Assembly (NCBI GenBank): GCA_032718475.1
Contig: JAUCBJ010003513.1
Span: forward strand, 1 to 64,000
DNA length: 64,000 bases
Direction: 5' to 3'
DNA from: Nemertoderma westbladi
Taxonomy: Eukaryota > Animalia > Xenacoelomorpha
A model generated the notes under the pieces. It saw only the letters and a program-made list of their open reading frames with translations. It did no database searches and was not told where the DNA came from. Below, in pieces: positions 1-13,200 of this stretch (positions are counted from its first letter, which is position 1; every line of letters begins with the position of its first letter). The translations under genes and the position numbers were made by a program.

Positions 1-1173
1 AGGTAAGAACAATGGGATGATACAAAGACATACTGAGGTAAGAACAATGGGATAATACAAAGACATACTGAGGTAAGAACAATGGGATGATACAAAGACA
101 TACTGAGGTAAGAACAATGGGATAATACAAAGACATACTGAGGTAAGAACAATGGAATGATACAAAGACATACGGAGGTAAGAACAATGGGATGATACAA
201 AGACATACTGAGGTAAGAACAATGGAATGATACAAAGACATACGGAGGTAAGAACAATGGGATAATACAAAGACATACTGAGGTAAGAACAATGGAATGA
301 TACAAAGACATACTGAGGTAAGAACAATGGGATAATACAAAGACATACTGAGGTAAGAACAATGGGATGATACAAAGACATACTGAGGTAAGAACAATGG
401 AATGATACAAAGACATACGGAGGTAAGAACAATGGAATGATACAAAGACATACTGAGGTAAGAACAATGGGATGATACAAAGACATACTGAGGTAAGAAC
501 AATGGGATGATACAAAGACATACTGAGGTAAGAACAATGGAATGATACAAAGACATACTGAGGTAAGAACAATGGGATGATACAAAGACATACTGAGGTA
601 AGAACAATGGGATGATACAAAGACATACTGAGGTAAGAACAATGGGATGATACAAAGACATACTGAGGTAAGAACAATGGGATAATACAAAGACATACTG
701 AGGTAAGAACAATGGGATGATACAAAGACATACTGAGGTAAGAACAATGGGATGATACAAAGACATACTGAGGTAAGAACAATGGGATGATACAAAGACA
801 TACTGAGGTAAGAACAATGGGATGATACAAAGATATACTGAGGTAAGAACAATGGAATGATACAAAGACATACTGAGGTAAGAACAATGGAATGATACAA
901 AGACATACTGAGGTAAGAACAATGGGATAATACAAAGACATACTGAGGTAAGAACAATGGGATGATACAAAGATATACTGAGGTAAGAACAATGGGATGA
1001 TACAAAGACATACTGAGGTAAGAACAATGGATGATACAAAGACATACGGAGGTAAGAACAATGGAATGATATAAAGACATACTGAGGTAAGAACAATGGG
1101 ATAATACAAAGACATACTGAGGTAAGAACAATGGGATGATACAAAGACATACTGAGGTAAGAACAATGGGATG
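1..1173 (+). repeat. 35-bp tandem repeat (AGGTAAGAACAATGGGATGATACAAAGACATACTG), ~33 copies, runs off the window start; intronic in the CCDC66-like gene
   Basis: Unit read directly. Each copy carries an AG|GTAAGA donor-like motif. Confidence 0.95.
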
Positions 1174-1237
1174 AGTTAATACAAATATCTGAAAAATGTT
1201 GTTTGGATATTGTTAATCTTCGTTGTTTTATTGACAG

Positions 1238-4200
1238 CGTTAGAAAGTGCAAGAGCGCTGACAGCGACAACCTACCGACCAGAGTCCAGATTCACTCTGG
1301 CTAACCAACCAGCCGCCAATCTACAGTCGCAGGCCCAATCTAGACTGGGAGGGCAGACTTACAGAACCGATGCCGTCCAGTCTAACTACGGGAGAACATC
1401 TGTAGAGGTCGCAGCTCAAACAGGTAAACAAAATAAAACTACACGGTCTCTTTGAGGGAGGGAAGGGAGGGAGAGGTGGGGTGTGACAGAAATCGACCGT
1501 ATATAAGGGCCGAGCAACATAATGATGGTTGCCAGTCATTAGCGTAACCACTATAGTTCTGTATATCATACATAATTTCATTATTATATCATTATTTAGA
1601 TGACGACTTGGGGGCGTTAGAGAGACACTTAGCGGGACGATCGGCATTTGAACCGCTGTTGCGGGAAGAAAGCACCGTGATTGTGGAATACAAAGATTCC
1701 AGCGACGGAAATCTAAAGAGAATGAACAGGTGAGCTGCTGGTGTGGGTAGCAAGGGATCACTACCCGTTGCACTTAAACACACAGCTTACTTACCAACAA
1801 ATCTGTGTTCACAATTACTCATGTTCACACTATGGCAGAATAAACAACATTTCATGCTAAAACAGGTTTATGTACCTATTATAGATACGAGGTAAAGACT
1901 TCACGGAGACGTCAAACTATGGAAACTTCTAGCCAAGATCGGGAAACTAAACAAACCGACCGGAGAAGTAAACAGGTTGTCGAGGATAAACTGGAGCGTA
2001 GGTCACCGCGAAGGCCGATAAAGAATGGAGTTAAGGAGAGGCAGGCGGCGGCACAGCGAGAACGCAAAGCGCGGGCAATACAACGGCACATAAAGATGAC
2101 AGAGCAACAGAAACGTCTCGCCCCTAGTCTAACAAGAGAGGAGGATCCCAGGTGAGATCTAACCCCTCCGATCTTCTCTGTTGGCAGTTACCTGTATAGG
2201 AGGCTACACTCACACAACGTATTTTATAAACTAATTTTATTCGAAAATTGAAATATTCTGTAACTCCGCCTACTATAGGTACAGTCACAAAAGATAAGGT
2301 AATCGTCGCGATTGACTTGGTCCGATACAACACATGGAGTAGGGCCCCTCTATAATTTGTACTAAGGAATGGTATTTTTATGAAATTTGCGTTTGTGATA
2401 TTTTAAATAAACACCCGGTGATATATAATTAAATAGCCCTTCTATTAATTAAATATTTCCATTTCCGAATAAAAAACTGACTCCGTCCGAGATGCAATCA
2501 TTAGACATTATTTTTGTACCTGTACCTCTTTTCTACATGCCCAACGGTCAGGCGTTGAAATCTGGGCGATTCCTAACTGTACGCCGAATGGATTAATTAA
2601 TAAAGATCCTATTCTAAGATCCTAAGAATCCTATTTTCCTGAAAAAGTATTATAATTGTTGCAGTACATATCTTCTCATTGGAAGAAAGAGCCAACCAAC
2701 TGCAAGAGTACAGCGGAATGTATAACTGCACTCTTGGCTTTGGTTGGTTTGAAGGCACACTTTGTTCAAGGACACATGGATTATCACTATTATGGAAGTT
2801 AGGAGACGTTAGAACCTTGAAATTTCTTGCAACTTACACCTATAAAGATAGGCCTCCAGTATTATAAAGTCTGGGTGTTAATGTAATGATATGTCGTCTG
2901 AGGTGTTCACGATCAATATGCTTTGTAGGCTGACTATATCATTCCACCCCCCAAGACACATGTATGTACAGCACAGCTGCATCCAATGCAGGTCTACTTA
3001 TCAATGCTGTAAAGATAAAATTCTGACTGTAAACATGACATGGATTCCTCAAACAAGTCATCAGCAGCCGTGAGTTGTTGGATGGCTTGGGTCGCCCGTA
3101 TAAGAATTCAGCTACTGTAGGAGCTTGGATTCGGAGATCAGCAGAAGACCTCCGAATACGAAATGGCAAGTCCCGATGATCTGGACAGCATTAATGGGAA
3201 GCAGACTTCATGTTATAAGATACAATGATCACTTAACGACCGAGGCATTGTGCAATATTATTTGTAACATATTATTGTCTAAACCCAGCTGCATCCTGCA
3301 GGCTTGACGAAGCACTCTTTCCGGCCACCACTGCCAATGTATAACTGATCAGGCTAAGCAGGATCTTTGTCTATATGAGTAAAAAAACGTCATCCATTAA
3401 CGTCTTCTAAAAGACTCTGGACTTGATAAGGCAGATATAATTGGGGAGTTACATGGCTGATAGCGAACTGTGGAAGTGTTGTGTTGCAGATACCCCGACA
3501 ATGCATTATAGTGGTGTAACCGATGTTATAAGGTAAAGTATGGTGTAGTACAGTAAACCTTTACTCTTGGCATTTGACTGAATAGCAGACCTAAACGTTT
3601 GTGCTTCTTTTATTACATAGGAACCCTCCACCCAATCTCAGGCTTCCAAACGAACAAGAGTATACAGTTTCTCGAAACCGCGTGGTACCAAGCAACCAAC
3701 ACCATAGAGCAACTGGGAAGCAATCAGATAGGAGGAAAAACACCGATATTTATTCCAGGTACAAAAGAGAGTTAATATAATCCGAACCTCTGTGAGAAAA
3801 TACGGTATATTAATAATAATAATAATATATATTTATATAGCGCCTTTCTGAACATATTTCAAGGCGCTTAAAAACTATTTGAAACCAACTAAAAAGGCTA
3901 CGTACAGAGAATTAATTAATAACTAAAAAGTTTGAACAATATTAAATAAAAATCAGCAATATTCCTCTTTGTACAGGTGAGTTTTGAGTCGCGATTTAAA
4001 CAGAGTCAACGTCGTGGCATCTCTAACTTCTTGCGGGAGGGAGTTCCAGATTGTTGGTGCCGCAATTGAGAACGCCCGTCTCCCGTAATTATGCAAGTAA
4101 AACTGCGGTACAAATAGAAGTCCCTTATCAGCAGACCGTAATTGTCGTGGAGGTACATAGGGAGTTATTAAATGGGTCAAGTAGGCAGGAGTAGCACCAT

Positions 4201-7200
4201 GTAAACACTTGAATGTCAACAAAGCTATTTTAAATTTGATCCGTAAATTTACAGCTAACCAATGCAAACGTTTAAGGACTGGAGTGATGTGCTCTTGTTT
4301 CTTAACGCCCTCTAGCAGTCGCGCTGCGGAATTCTGGACATATTGTAATTTTTTGATTGACTTCGAGGGTAATCCATAATATAATGAGTTGTTGCTGTCG
4401 AGTTTGTTTGTGACAAAGGCGTGAATTAAGATTTCAAGGTCATGTCTGCTGAGGTACCGTTTAATTTTAGCCAAACTTCGAAGATGAAGAAATGCATCTC
4501 GGACCGTTGTACTTATTTGATTGATGTATGTCAGATTTGAATCCACGATGAAACCTATATTACGTGCCTTGTCGCTGCAGCTGATCAGGTCATCCCCTAT
4601 TTGTATGTTAGGGGGCGTTAGTTGTTTACCGAAACGGGACTGCAGAAGGATAATCTCCGTTTTATCTGAGTTCATTTTCAATAAATTATCTTCCATCCAC
4701 TTCTTTACATCGGCCACGCAACGTTCAGTCACCTCAACAGCGACGGACGAATTAATAGGTTTAAAACTAATGTATAGCTGTGTATCGTCCGCGTACAAAT
4801 GATACGAGAGGCCGTGGTTGCGAATAACATTTGAAAGCGAACGAGTGTATATCGAAAGTAATATAGGCCCAAGTACCGATCCTTGTGGCAGCCCGTACAG
4901 CAAATCCAACCGGTTCGAATATTTTGCATTAATGCGAACCTGTTGTGACCTATTCGACAAGTACGATCTGAACCAGTCCAGGGCGATTCCCTCAACCCCG
5001 ATTTCTCGATCTAGAGTGTCCAACAGTTTAACGTGGTCGTGGTCGACCGTGTCGAAGGCAGCACTAAGGTCTAATAAGACGAGAAGTACTCCCGATCCCG
5101 AATCGATTTTGCGTAATATGTCGTCGCTTACCTTAAGCAACGCGGTCTCCGTTCCGTGTAAGGGTCTGTACGCGCTCTGTAAAGGTTCATACAATTTATT
5201 TATGTTCTTATGAGTCATCAGCTGGTTTGCAATCACCCTTTCTGTTAACTTTGCTAAATATATCAGATTAGACACCGGCCTAAAGTTCCTAAGTATCTCA
5301 GGGTTTAATCGTGCTTTCTTTATGACTGGTGTTAACACAGCTTCCTTGAATAGAGTCGGCACAGTAGCAGTTGTAATTGATAAATTAATAATTAACATAA
5401 TCACTGGTAGCAACAATTTTATTGAATGTTTTACTAATTGCGTGGGAATCGGATCCATGGTACTAGATTTAGATTTTGAGTTCTTTATTAGCTTTTCTGC
5501 CTCATCCATTGTTATTTTATTAAAGTGTTCCAATTTGGGAATATTGTTTCCTTTACCGTTGGTTGCGCCCCCCATACCCGTAGGAACGCCCAGTCCCGTA
5601 GCGCCCCCCGTAGGAATGCCTAGGTTAGTTGCGCACCCCGTAGGAATGCCCAGTCCCGTAGCGGCCCCCGTATGAATGCCCAGTTCAGTAGCCCCCCCCA
5701 TAGGAGCGCCCAGTCCAGTAACACCCCCCGTAGGAATGCCCATGTTGGTTGCGCCCCCCATAGGAACGCCCAGTTCACTAGCGCCCCCTGTAGGAACACC
5801 CAGATCCGATGCTTCACCCGTAAGAATGCCCAGGTCAGATGGTCCCCCAATAGGAATGCCCAGTTCAGATGAGCCCCCCGTAGGAACGCCCAGTCCAGTT
5901 GCACCCCCCGTAGAAACACCCAGTCCAGCAGCACCCCCTGTAGGAATGCCCAGGTCAGATGCTCCCCCCGTAGGAACGCCCTGGTCGGATGATTCCCCTG
6001 TAGGAGCGCCCAGTCCAGTATCACCCCCCGTAGGAATGCCCAATTCAGTAGCGCCCCCCGTAGGAACACCCAGTTTGATAGCGCCCTCCGTAGGAGCCCC
6101 CAGATCATCAACGCCCCGTGAAGTAGAACCGCCATTTCCAGATAATAAGTCATATCTAATATCCTTTATTTTCTTGTCAAAGAATTCCATAAACCTGTTC
6201 GCCAACTTTTCATCATCCTCGTGTGAAGGCAATGTACTTTTGTTTTTACGATAAAGTATTTTGGCAGCCACTGAAAATAGTTTTCGTTGATCACCTGCAT
6301 TATTCTTTATAATGTTACTATAATATGTCTCTTTTGCTGACGCTATGGTATTGGCAACCACCGTGCACTGTAGGCGATAGGCGATACAATCAGCACAGAT
6401 ATTCGTCTTTCGATATCGGCGCTCCAATCTTCTGCGTTTTCTTTTTGCGTCGTTAATCTCATCAGTGTACCAATTTGCCTTCGGCCTCATGGAAACAGTT
6501 TTTGTTTGTAATGGGGCGTGTTTATCGAGTATGTTCATTAGGTTATCATTATACATTTTAATAACTCCATTAATATCACCAGAAGGAGAGTCGCATACTG
6601 GTGAATGTTTTAAATCCTCCAAAAACAGATTACCGTTTATTTTACTTATATTTCGGTAACTTATTGTCTGTGATATATCGGCTGGTTTAGTGAAATTCAA
6701 GTTAAAGTAGACTGCAAAGTGGTCGGATAAACCTATATTTCGTACAAAAACGTTGCAAACGATATTCTGGTCGTCAGTGTGTACTAGCACCAGATCTAGT
6801 GTATGGCCCTTTATGTGGGTTGGTTGATTTACTAACTGTACCAATCCAAAGCAATTTAAAATGTCAATATTACTGTACACTGAGAGAATAACTCAAAGAT
6901 CAAACTAATAATTTATGAATTTTTACTTTTATACCGTTATACCTCGGATTGCGGATTACGTAACGGTTAAATGTCAATAAATCTATCCAAGGCATCTCTG
7001 CCTTGCATTCGTAATGGTAACTAAATGAGTACTGGAGTTTCCTCTGGGGAGTATAGTTCTGGGGGGACCGTTCTGGGATAGGACGTCGGACTCTGTGCGT
7101 AATCCCGGGCCGAATAAAACTTAACTTTTTTACTCGAATAGTAAAAGTTTTTAAAGGTTAAACCTTTGAAAGTTTAAAACTTTACATTTGATGCACGGAT

Positions 7201-10200
7201 TACATGTGTATATGCCAAAAACAATCTCGCATTAGGCATTAATTACATTATGTTTTTAGATACGAAGATTGGAGCCTTGAAACTGGTAGTGTACCGCCAC
7301 AAACAGGGGAATTCGTACCGTTCCGACGAACTGCCACAGACGTGATTGATGATCCGAGTTACAGAAGCTTCAAAGAGAAATCCGTATCGAACATAGAGCC
7401 TCGTAGGTGGGTTAAAGAGAACACTGATTGACAGCCAAGCCCCTGCACACAGGACGTAGGACAAGTCGGAAATACCAACAAATACTGATGCTAATAAAAA
7501 TTAACACACTCGACCCACCGGATTTAAGTTATTTCAATAATTGTCTTTGTATTTACATACAGGGATACTCGAAAGAAGCCATCAGACCCTCGTTCAAAGA
7601 AGTCAAATGAGAATAAGGTAAGTGATGTTGGAGAGTTTTAGAGAATAATTAAAGTATGTTAGCCAGTACGCTGGAGAACAGGCCTCCCTCTCGACTTAAA
7701 TGATTTTAATGTATTTAATTTAATTAAAATTCGTAAAATAATTATTACAACAACAATTGATAATTAAATGAATACGTTATGGGGTATAGCATAGCTAAAT
7801 ATATATGCGACAGATATGATTGTAATATTACAGAGGTGGCGACAATCGATTATTATCTAATAATAACAGTATCGGCTCTACAAAGCTCTACCAAATGTAC
7901 ACTACACTCCTCAGCCATCTATTTTACATATTTGCTTTTTCCTTTGTTTGTTACCCTAATGTTTTCAAATATTTTTTCCGAAGGAGGTGGGGGCCAAATA
8001 CGCCATGGAATACAAACCAAACAAAAGGTCCAGTAAGGAATAATAAGGTACCTTTATTGGTATATCCACATAATATATTTTTGTAGCACAGATAATGTAG
8101 AAATAAAGAGGCTTTGATCGGATAAATTAGTTTTGGGTTATAGTATTATATTAATATAATAATTAGTCTATCAATAATTAGTATATAATATTAACTGGAA
8201 AATCGATTAGTCACCACCTCTGTTAATAACAACAAGATTATTATAAACCTCTGATATACCCAGAACAATCGGTACAGTACGACCGCTGTACTAGCACTAC
8301 CGACTTCGGTACTGCTATAGTACTGCTACTTCGGTAGCAGTATCGACTGCGGTACTAGCAGTATCGACTGTGGTACTAGCAGTACCGGCTGCGGTACTAG
8401 CAGTACCGACTGCGGTACTAGCAGTATCGACTGTAGACTAGCAGTACCGGCTGCGGTACTAGCAGTATCGACTGCGGTACTAGCAGTATCGACTGCGGTA
8501 CTAGCAGTATCGACTGTAGACTAGCAGTACCGGCTGCGGTACTAGCAGTACCGACTGCGGTACTAGCAGTATCGACTGTAGACTAGCAGTACCGGCTGCG
8601 GTACTAGCAGTATCGACTGCGGTACTAGCAGTATCGACTGCGGTACTAGCAGTATCGACTGTAGACTAGCAGTACCGGCTGCGGTACTAGCAGTACCGAC
8701 TGCGGTACTAGCAGTATTGACTGTAGACTAGCAGTACCGGCTGCGGTACTAGCAGTACCGGCTGCGGTACTAGCAGTACCGACTGCGCTACTAGCAGTAT
8801 CGACTGTAGACTAGCAGTACCGGCTGCGGTACTAGCAGTACCGGCTGCGGTACTAGCAGTACCGGCTGCGGTACTAGCAGTACCGGCTGCGGTACTAGCA
8901 GTACCGACTGCGGTACTAGCAGTACCGACTGCGGTACTAGCAGTACCGACTGCGGTACTAGCAGTATCGACTGTAGACTAGCAGTACCGGCTGCGGTACT
9001 AGCAGTATCGACTGCGGTACTAGCAGTATCGACTGTAGACTAGCAGTACCGGCTGCGGTACTAGCAGTATCGACTGCGGTACTAGCAGTATCGACTGCGG
9101 TACTAGCAGTATCGACTGTAGACTAGCAGTACCGGCTGCGGTACTAGCAGTACCGACTGCGGTACTAGCAGTACCGACTGCGGTACTAGCAGTACCGACT
9201 GCGGTACTAACAGTATCTATCGACTGTAGACTAGCAGTACCGGCTGCGGTACTAGCAGTACCAGCTGCGGTACTAGCAGTACCGACTGCGGTACTAGCAG
9301 TATCGACTGTAGACTAGCAGTACCGGCTGCGGTACTAGCAGTACCGGCTGCGGTACTAGCAGTACCGGCTGCGGTACTAGCAGTATCGACTGCGGTACTA
9401 GCAGTATCGACTGTGGTACTAGCAGTATCGACTGTAGACTAGCAGTACCGGCTGCGGTACTAGCAGTACCGGCTGCGGTACTAGCAGTATCGACTGTAGA
9501 CTAGCAGTATCGACTGCGGTACTAGCAGTACCGGCTGCGGTACTAGCAGTACCGACTGCGGTACTAGCAGTATCGACTGTAGACTAGCAGTACCGGCTGC
9601 GGTACTAGCAGTATCGACTGTAGACTAGCAGTACCGACTGCGGTACTAGCAGTACCGGCTGCGGTACTAGCAGTACCGACTGCGGTACTAGCAGTATCGA
9701 CTGTAGACTAGCAGTACCGGCTGCGGTACTAGCAGTACCGGCTGCGGTACTAGCAGTACCGACTGCGGTACTAGTAGTATCGACTGTAGACTAGCAGTAC
9801 CGGCTGCGGTACTAGCAGTACCGACTGCGGTACTAGCAGTATCGACTGCGGTACTAGCAGTACCGACTGCGGTACTAGCAGTACCGGCTGCGGTACTAGC
9901 AGTACCGGCTGCGGTACTAGCAGTATCGACTGCGGTACTAGCAGTATCGACTGCGGTACTAGCAGTACCGGCTGCGGTACTAGCAGTATCGACTGCGGTA
10001 CTAGCAGTATCGACTGCGGTACTAGCAGTATCGACTGCGGTACTAGCAGTACCGGCTGCGGTACTAGCAGTACCGGCTGCGGTACTAGCAGTATCGACTG
10101 CGGTACTAGCAGTATCGACTGTAGACTAGCAGTACCGGCTGCGGTACTAGCAGTACCGGCTGCGGTACTAGCAGTATCGACTGTGGTACTAGCAGTATCG

Positions 10201-13200
10201 ACTGTAGACTAGCAGTACCGGCTGCGGTACTAGCAGTACCGACTGCGGTACCAGCAGTATCGACTGTAGACTAGCAGTACCGGCTGCGGTAGTAGCAATA
10301 CCGGCTGCGGTACTAGCAGTACCGGCTGCGGTACTAGCAGTACCGGCTGCGGTACTAGCAGTACCGACTGCGGTACTAGCAGTATCGACTGTAGACTAGC
10401 AGTACCGGCTGCGGTACTAGCAGTACCGGCTGCGGTACTAGCAGTACCGGCTGCGGTACTAGCAGTACCGGCTGCGGTACTAGCAGTACCGACTGCGGGG
10501 CTGCGGTACTAGCAGTACCGGCTGCGGTACTAGCAGTATCGACTGCGGTACTAGCAGTACCGGCTGCGGTACTAGCAGTACCGACTGCGGTACTAGCAGT
10601 ACCGGCTGCGGTACTAGCAGTACCGGCTGCGGTACTAGCAGTATCGACTGCGGTACTAGCAGTATCGACTGTAGACTAGCAGTACCGGCTGCGGTACTAG
10701 CAGTACCGGCTGCGGTACTAGCAGTATCGACTGCGGTACTAGCAGTATCGACTGTAGACTAGCAGTACCGGCTGTGGTACTAGCAGTACCGGCTGCGGTA
10801 CTAGCAGTACCGACTGCGGTACCAGCAGTATCGACTGTAGACTAGCAGTACCGGCTGCGGTACTAGCAGTACCGGCTGCGGTACTAGCAGTACCGGCTGC
10901 GGTACTAGCAGTACCGACTGCAGTACTAGCAGTATCGACTGTAGACTAGCAGTACCGGCTGCGGTACTAGCAGTACCGACTGCGGTACTAGCAGTATCGA
11001 CTGCGGTACTAGCAGTACCGGCTGCGGTACTAGCAGTACCGGCTGCGGTACTAGCAGTATCGACAGCGGTACTAGCAGTATCGTCTGCGGTACTAGCAGT
11101 ATCGACTGCGATACTAGCAGTATCGACTGTAGACTAGCAGTACCGGCTGCGGTACTAGCAGTACCGGCTGCGGTACTAGCAGTACCGACTGCGGTACTAG
11201 CAGTATCGACTGCGGTACTAGCAGTACCGGCTGTGGTACTAGCAGTACCGGCTGCGGTACTAGCAGTACCGACTGCGGTACTAGCAGTACCGGCTGCGGT
11301 ACTAGCAGTATCGACTGCGGTACTAGCAGTATCGACTGCGGTACTAGCAGTACCGGCTGTGGTACTAGCAGTATCGACTGCGTTACTAGCAGTATCGACT
11401 GTAGACTAGCAGTACCGGCTGCGGTACTAGCAGTACCGACTGCGGTACTAGCAGTATCGACTGCGGTACTAGCAGTATCGACTGTGGTACTAGCAGTATC
11501 GACTGCGGTACTAGCAGTATCGACTGTAGACTAGCAGTACCGGCTGCGGTACTAGCAGTACCGGCTGCGGTACTAGCAGTACCGACTGCGGTACTAGCAG
11601 TATCGACTGCGGTACTAGCAGTACCGGCTGTGGTACTAGCAGTACCGGCTGCGGTACTAGCAGTACCGACTGCGGTACTAGCAGTACCGGCTGCGGTACT
11701 AGCAGTACCGACTGCGGTACTAGCAGTACCGGCTTCGGTACTAGCAGTATCGACTGCGGTACTAGCAGTATCGACTGCGGTACTAGCAGTATCGACTGCG
11801 GTACTAGCAGTACCGGCTGTGGTATTAGCAGTATCGACTGCGGTACTAGCAGTATCGACTGTAGACTATCAGTACCGGCTGCGGTACTAGCAGTACCGGC
11901 TGCGGTACTAGCAGTACCGACTGCGGTACTAGCAGTATCGACTGCGGTACTAGCAGTACCGGCTGTGGTACGAGCAGTACCGGCTGCGGTACTAGCAGTA
12001 CCGACTGCGGTACTAGCAGTACGGCTGCGGTACTAGCAGTACCGGCTGCGGTACTAGCAGTATCGACTGCGGTACTAGCAGTATCGACTGCGGTACTAGC
12101 AGTATCGACTGCGGTACTAGCAGTATCGACTGCGGTACTAGCAGTATCGACTGCGGTACTAGCAGTACCGGCTGTGGTACTAGCAGTACCGGCTGCGGTA
12201 CTAGCAGTACCGACTGCGGTACTAGCAGTACCGGCTGTGGTACTAGCAGTATCGACTGCGGTACTAGCAGTATCGACTGCGGTACTAGCAGTATCGACTG
12301 CGGTACTAGCAGTATCGACTGCGGTACTAGCAGTACCGGCTTCGATACAGCCAGTAAGAATCAGCTGTATTAATGTGGTTTAGCTGTGGTTTATATACTA
12401 ATGTGGACTACAATACAACTTTCTGCACCACACTGCTTTGCAGTTACAATGATAATGATAAATGATACCGCAACACTCAAATACACACACAGATATATGA
12501 TAGACATTCATTAAACACTTACAATGATATCATTAATAATAAATAGCACGATTGGAAGCAGAAGGTTGCTATTATTATATATACTCCGTTTCAGCTGGGT
12601 AATCCAAATTGGAAAAAAATTACAGCAAGTCAGTTTATAGCTGAGCGAGTGTATTACGACATTGCTGTATAGTTTTAACTATATTTTTATATTTAGAAGT
12701 ATTAATATTTAATAGCTACATCTTTTGGATCAGTCGCTACATTCCATGTCCATTCTATTACAGTTCTGTACTTGCACCATATGATGTGTGTATTACAGTT
12801 CTTTACTCGCACCATATGGTGTGTATTACAGTTCTGTACTTGCACCATATGGTGTGTATTATAGTTCTGTACTTGCACCATATGGTTTGTATTGGAGTTC
12901 TGTACTTGCACCATATGGTGTGTATTACAGTCTGTGTTTGCACCATATGGTGTGTATTCCAGTTCTGTACTTACACCCTATGGTGTGTATTACAGCTCTG
13001 TACTTGCACCATATGGTGTGTATTACAGTTCTGTACTTGCACCATATGGTGTGTGTATTACAGTTCTTTACTCGCACCATATGGTGTGTATTACAGTTCT
13101 GTACTTGCACCATATGGTTTGTATTGGAGTTCTGTACTTGCACCATATGGTGTGTATTACAGTCTGTATTTGCACCATATGGTGTGTATTCCAGTTCTGT

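Larger units (their letters stand above)
3810..6880 (-). mobile_element. 5'-truncated L2/CR1-clade LINE in a CCDC66-like intron
   Basis: The ORF begins inside the endonuclease C-terminus (PTHIKGHTLDLV, SDH). The 3' UTR ends in GCGCTATATAAAT plus a (TAT)n tail near 3810-3845. Confidence 0.9.

Noticed and set aside
2640-3560. Moderately GC-rich intronic block with short ORFs
   Set aside because: No motif recognised and not needed for the exon phase chain. Possibly an old transposon fragment.
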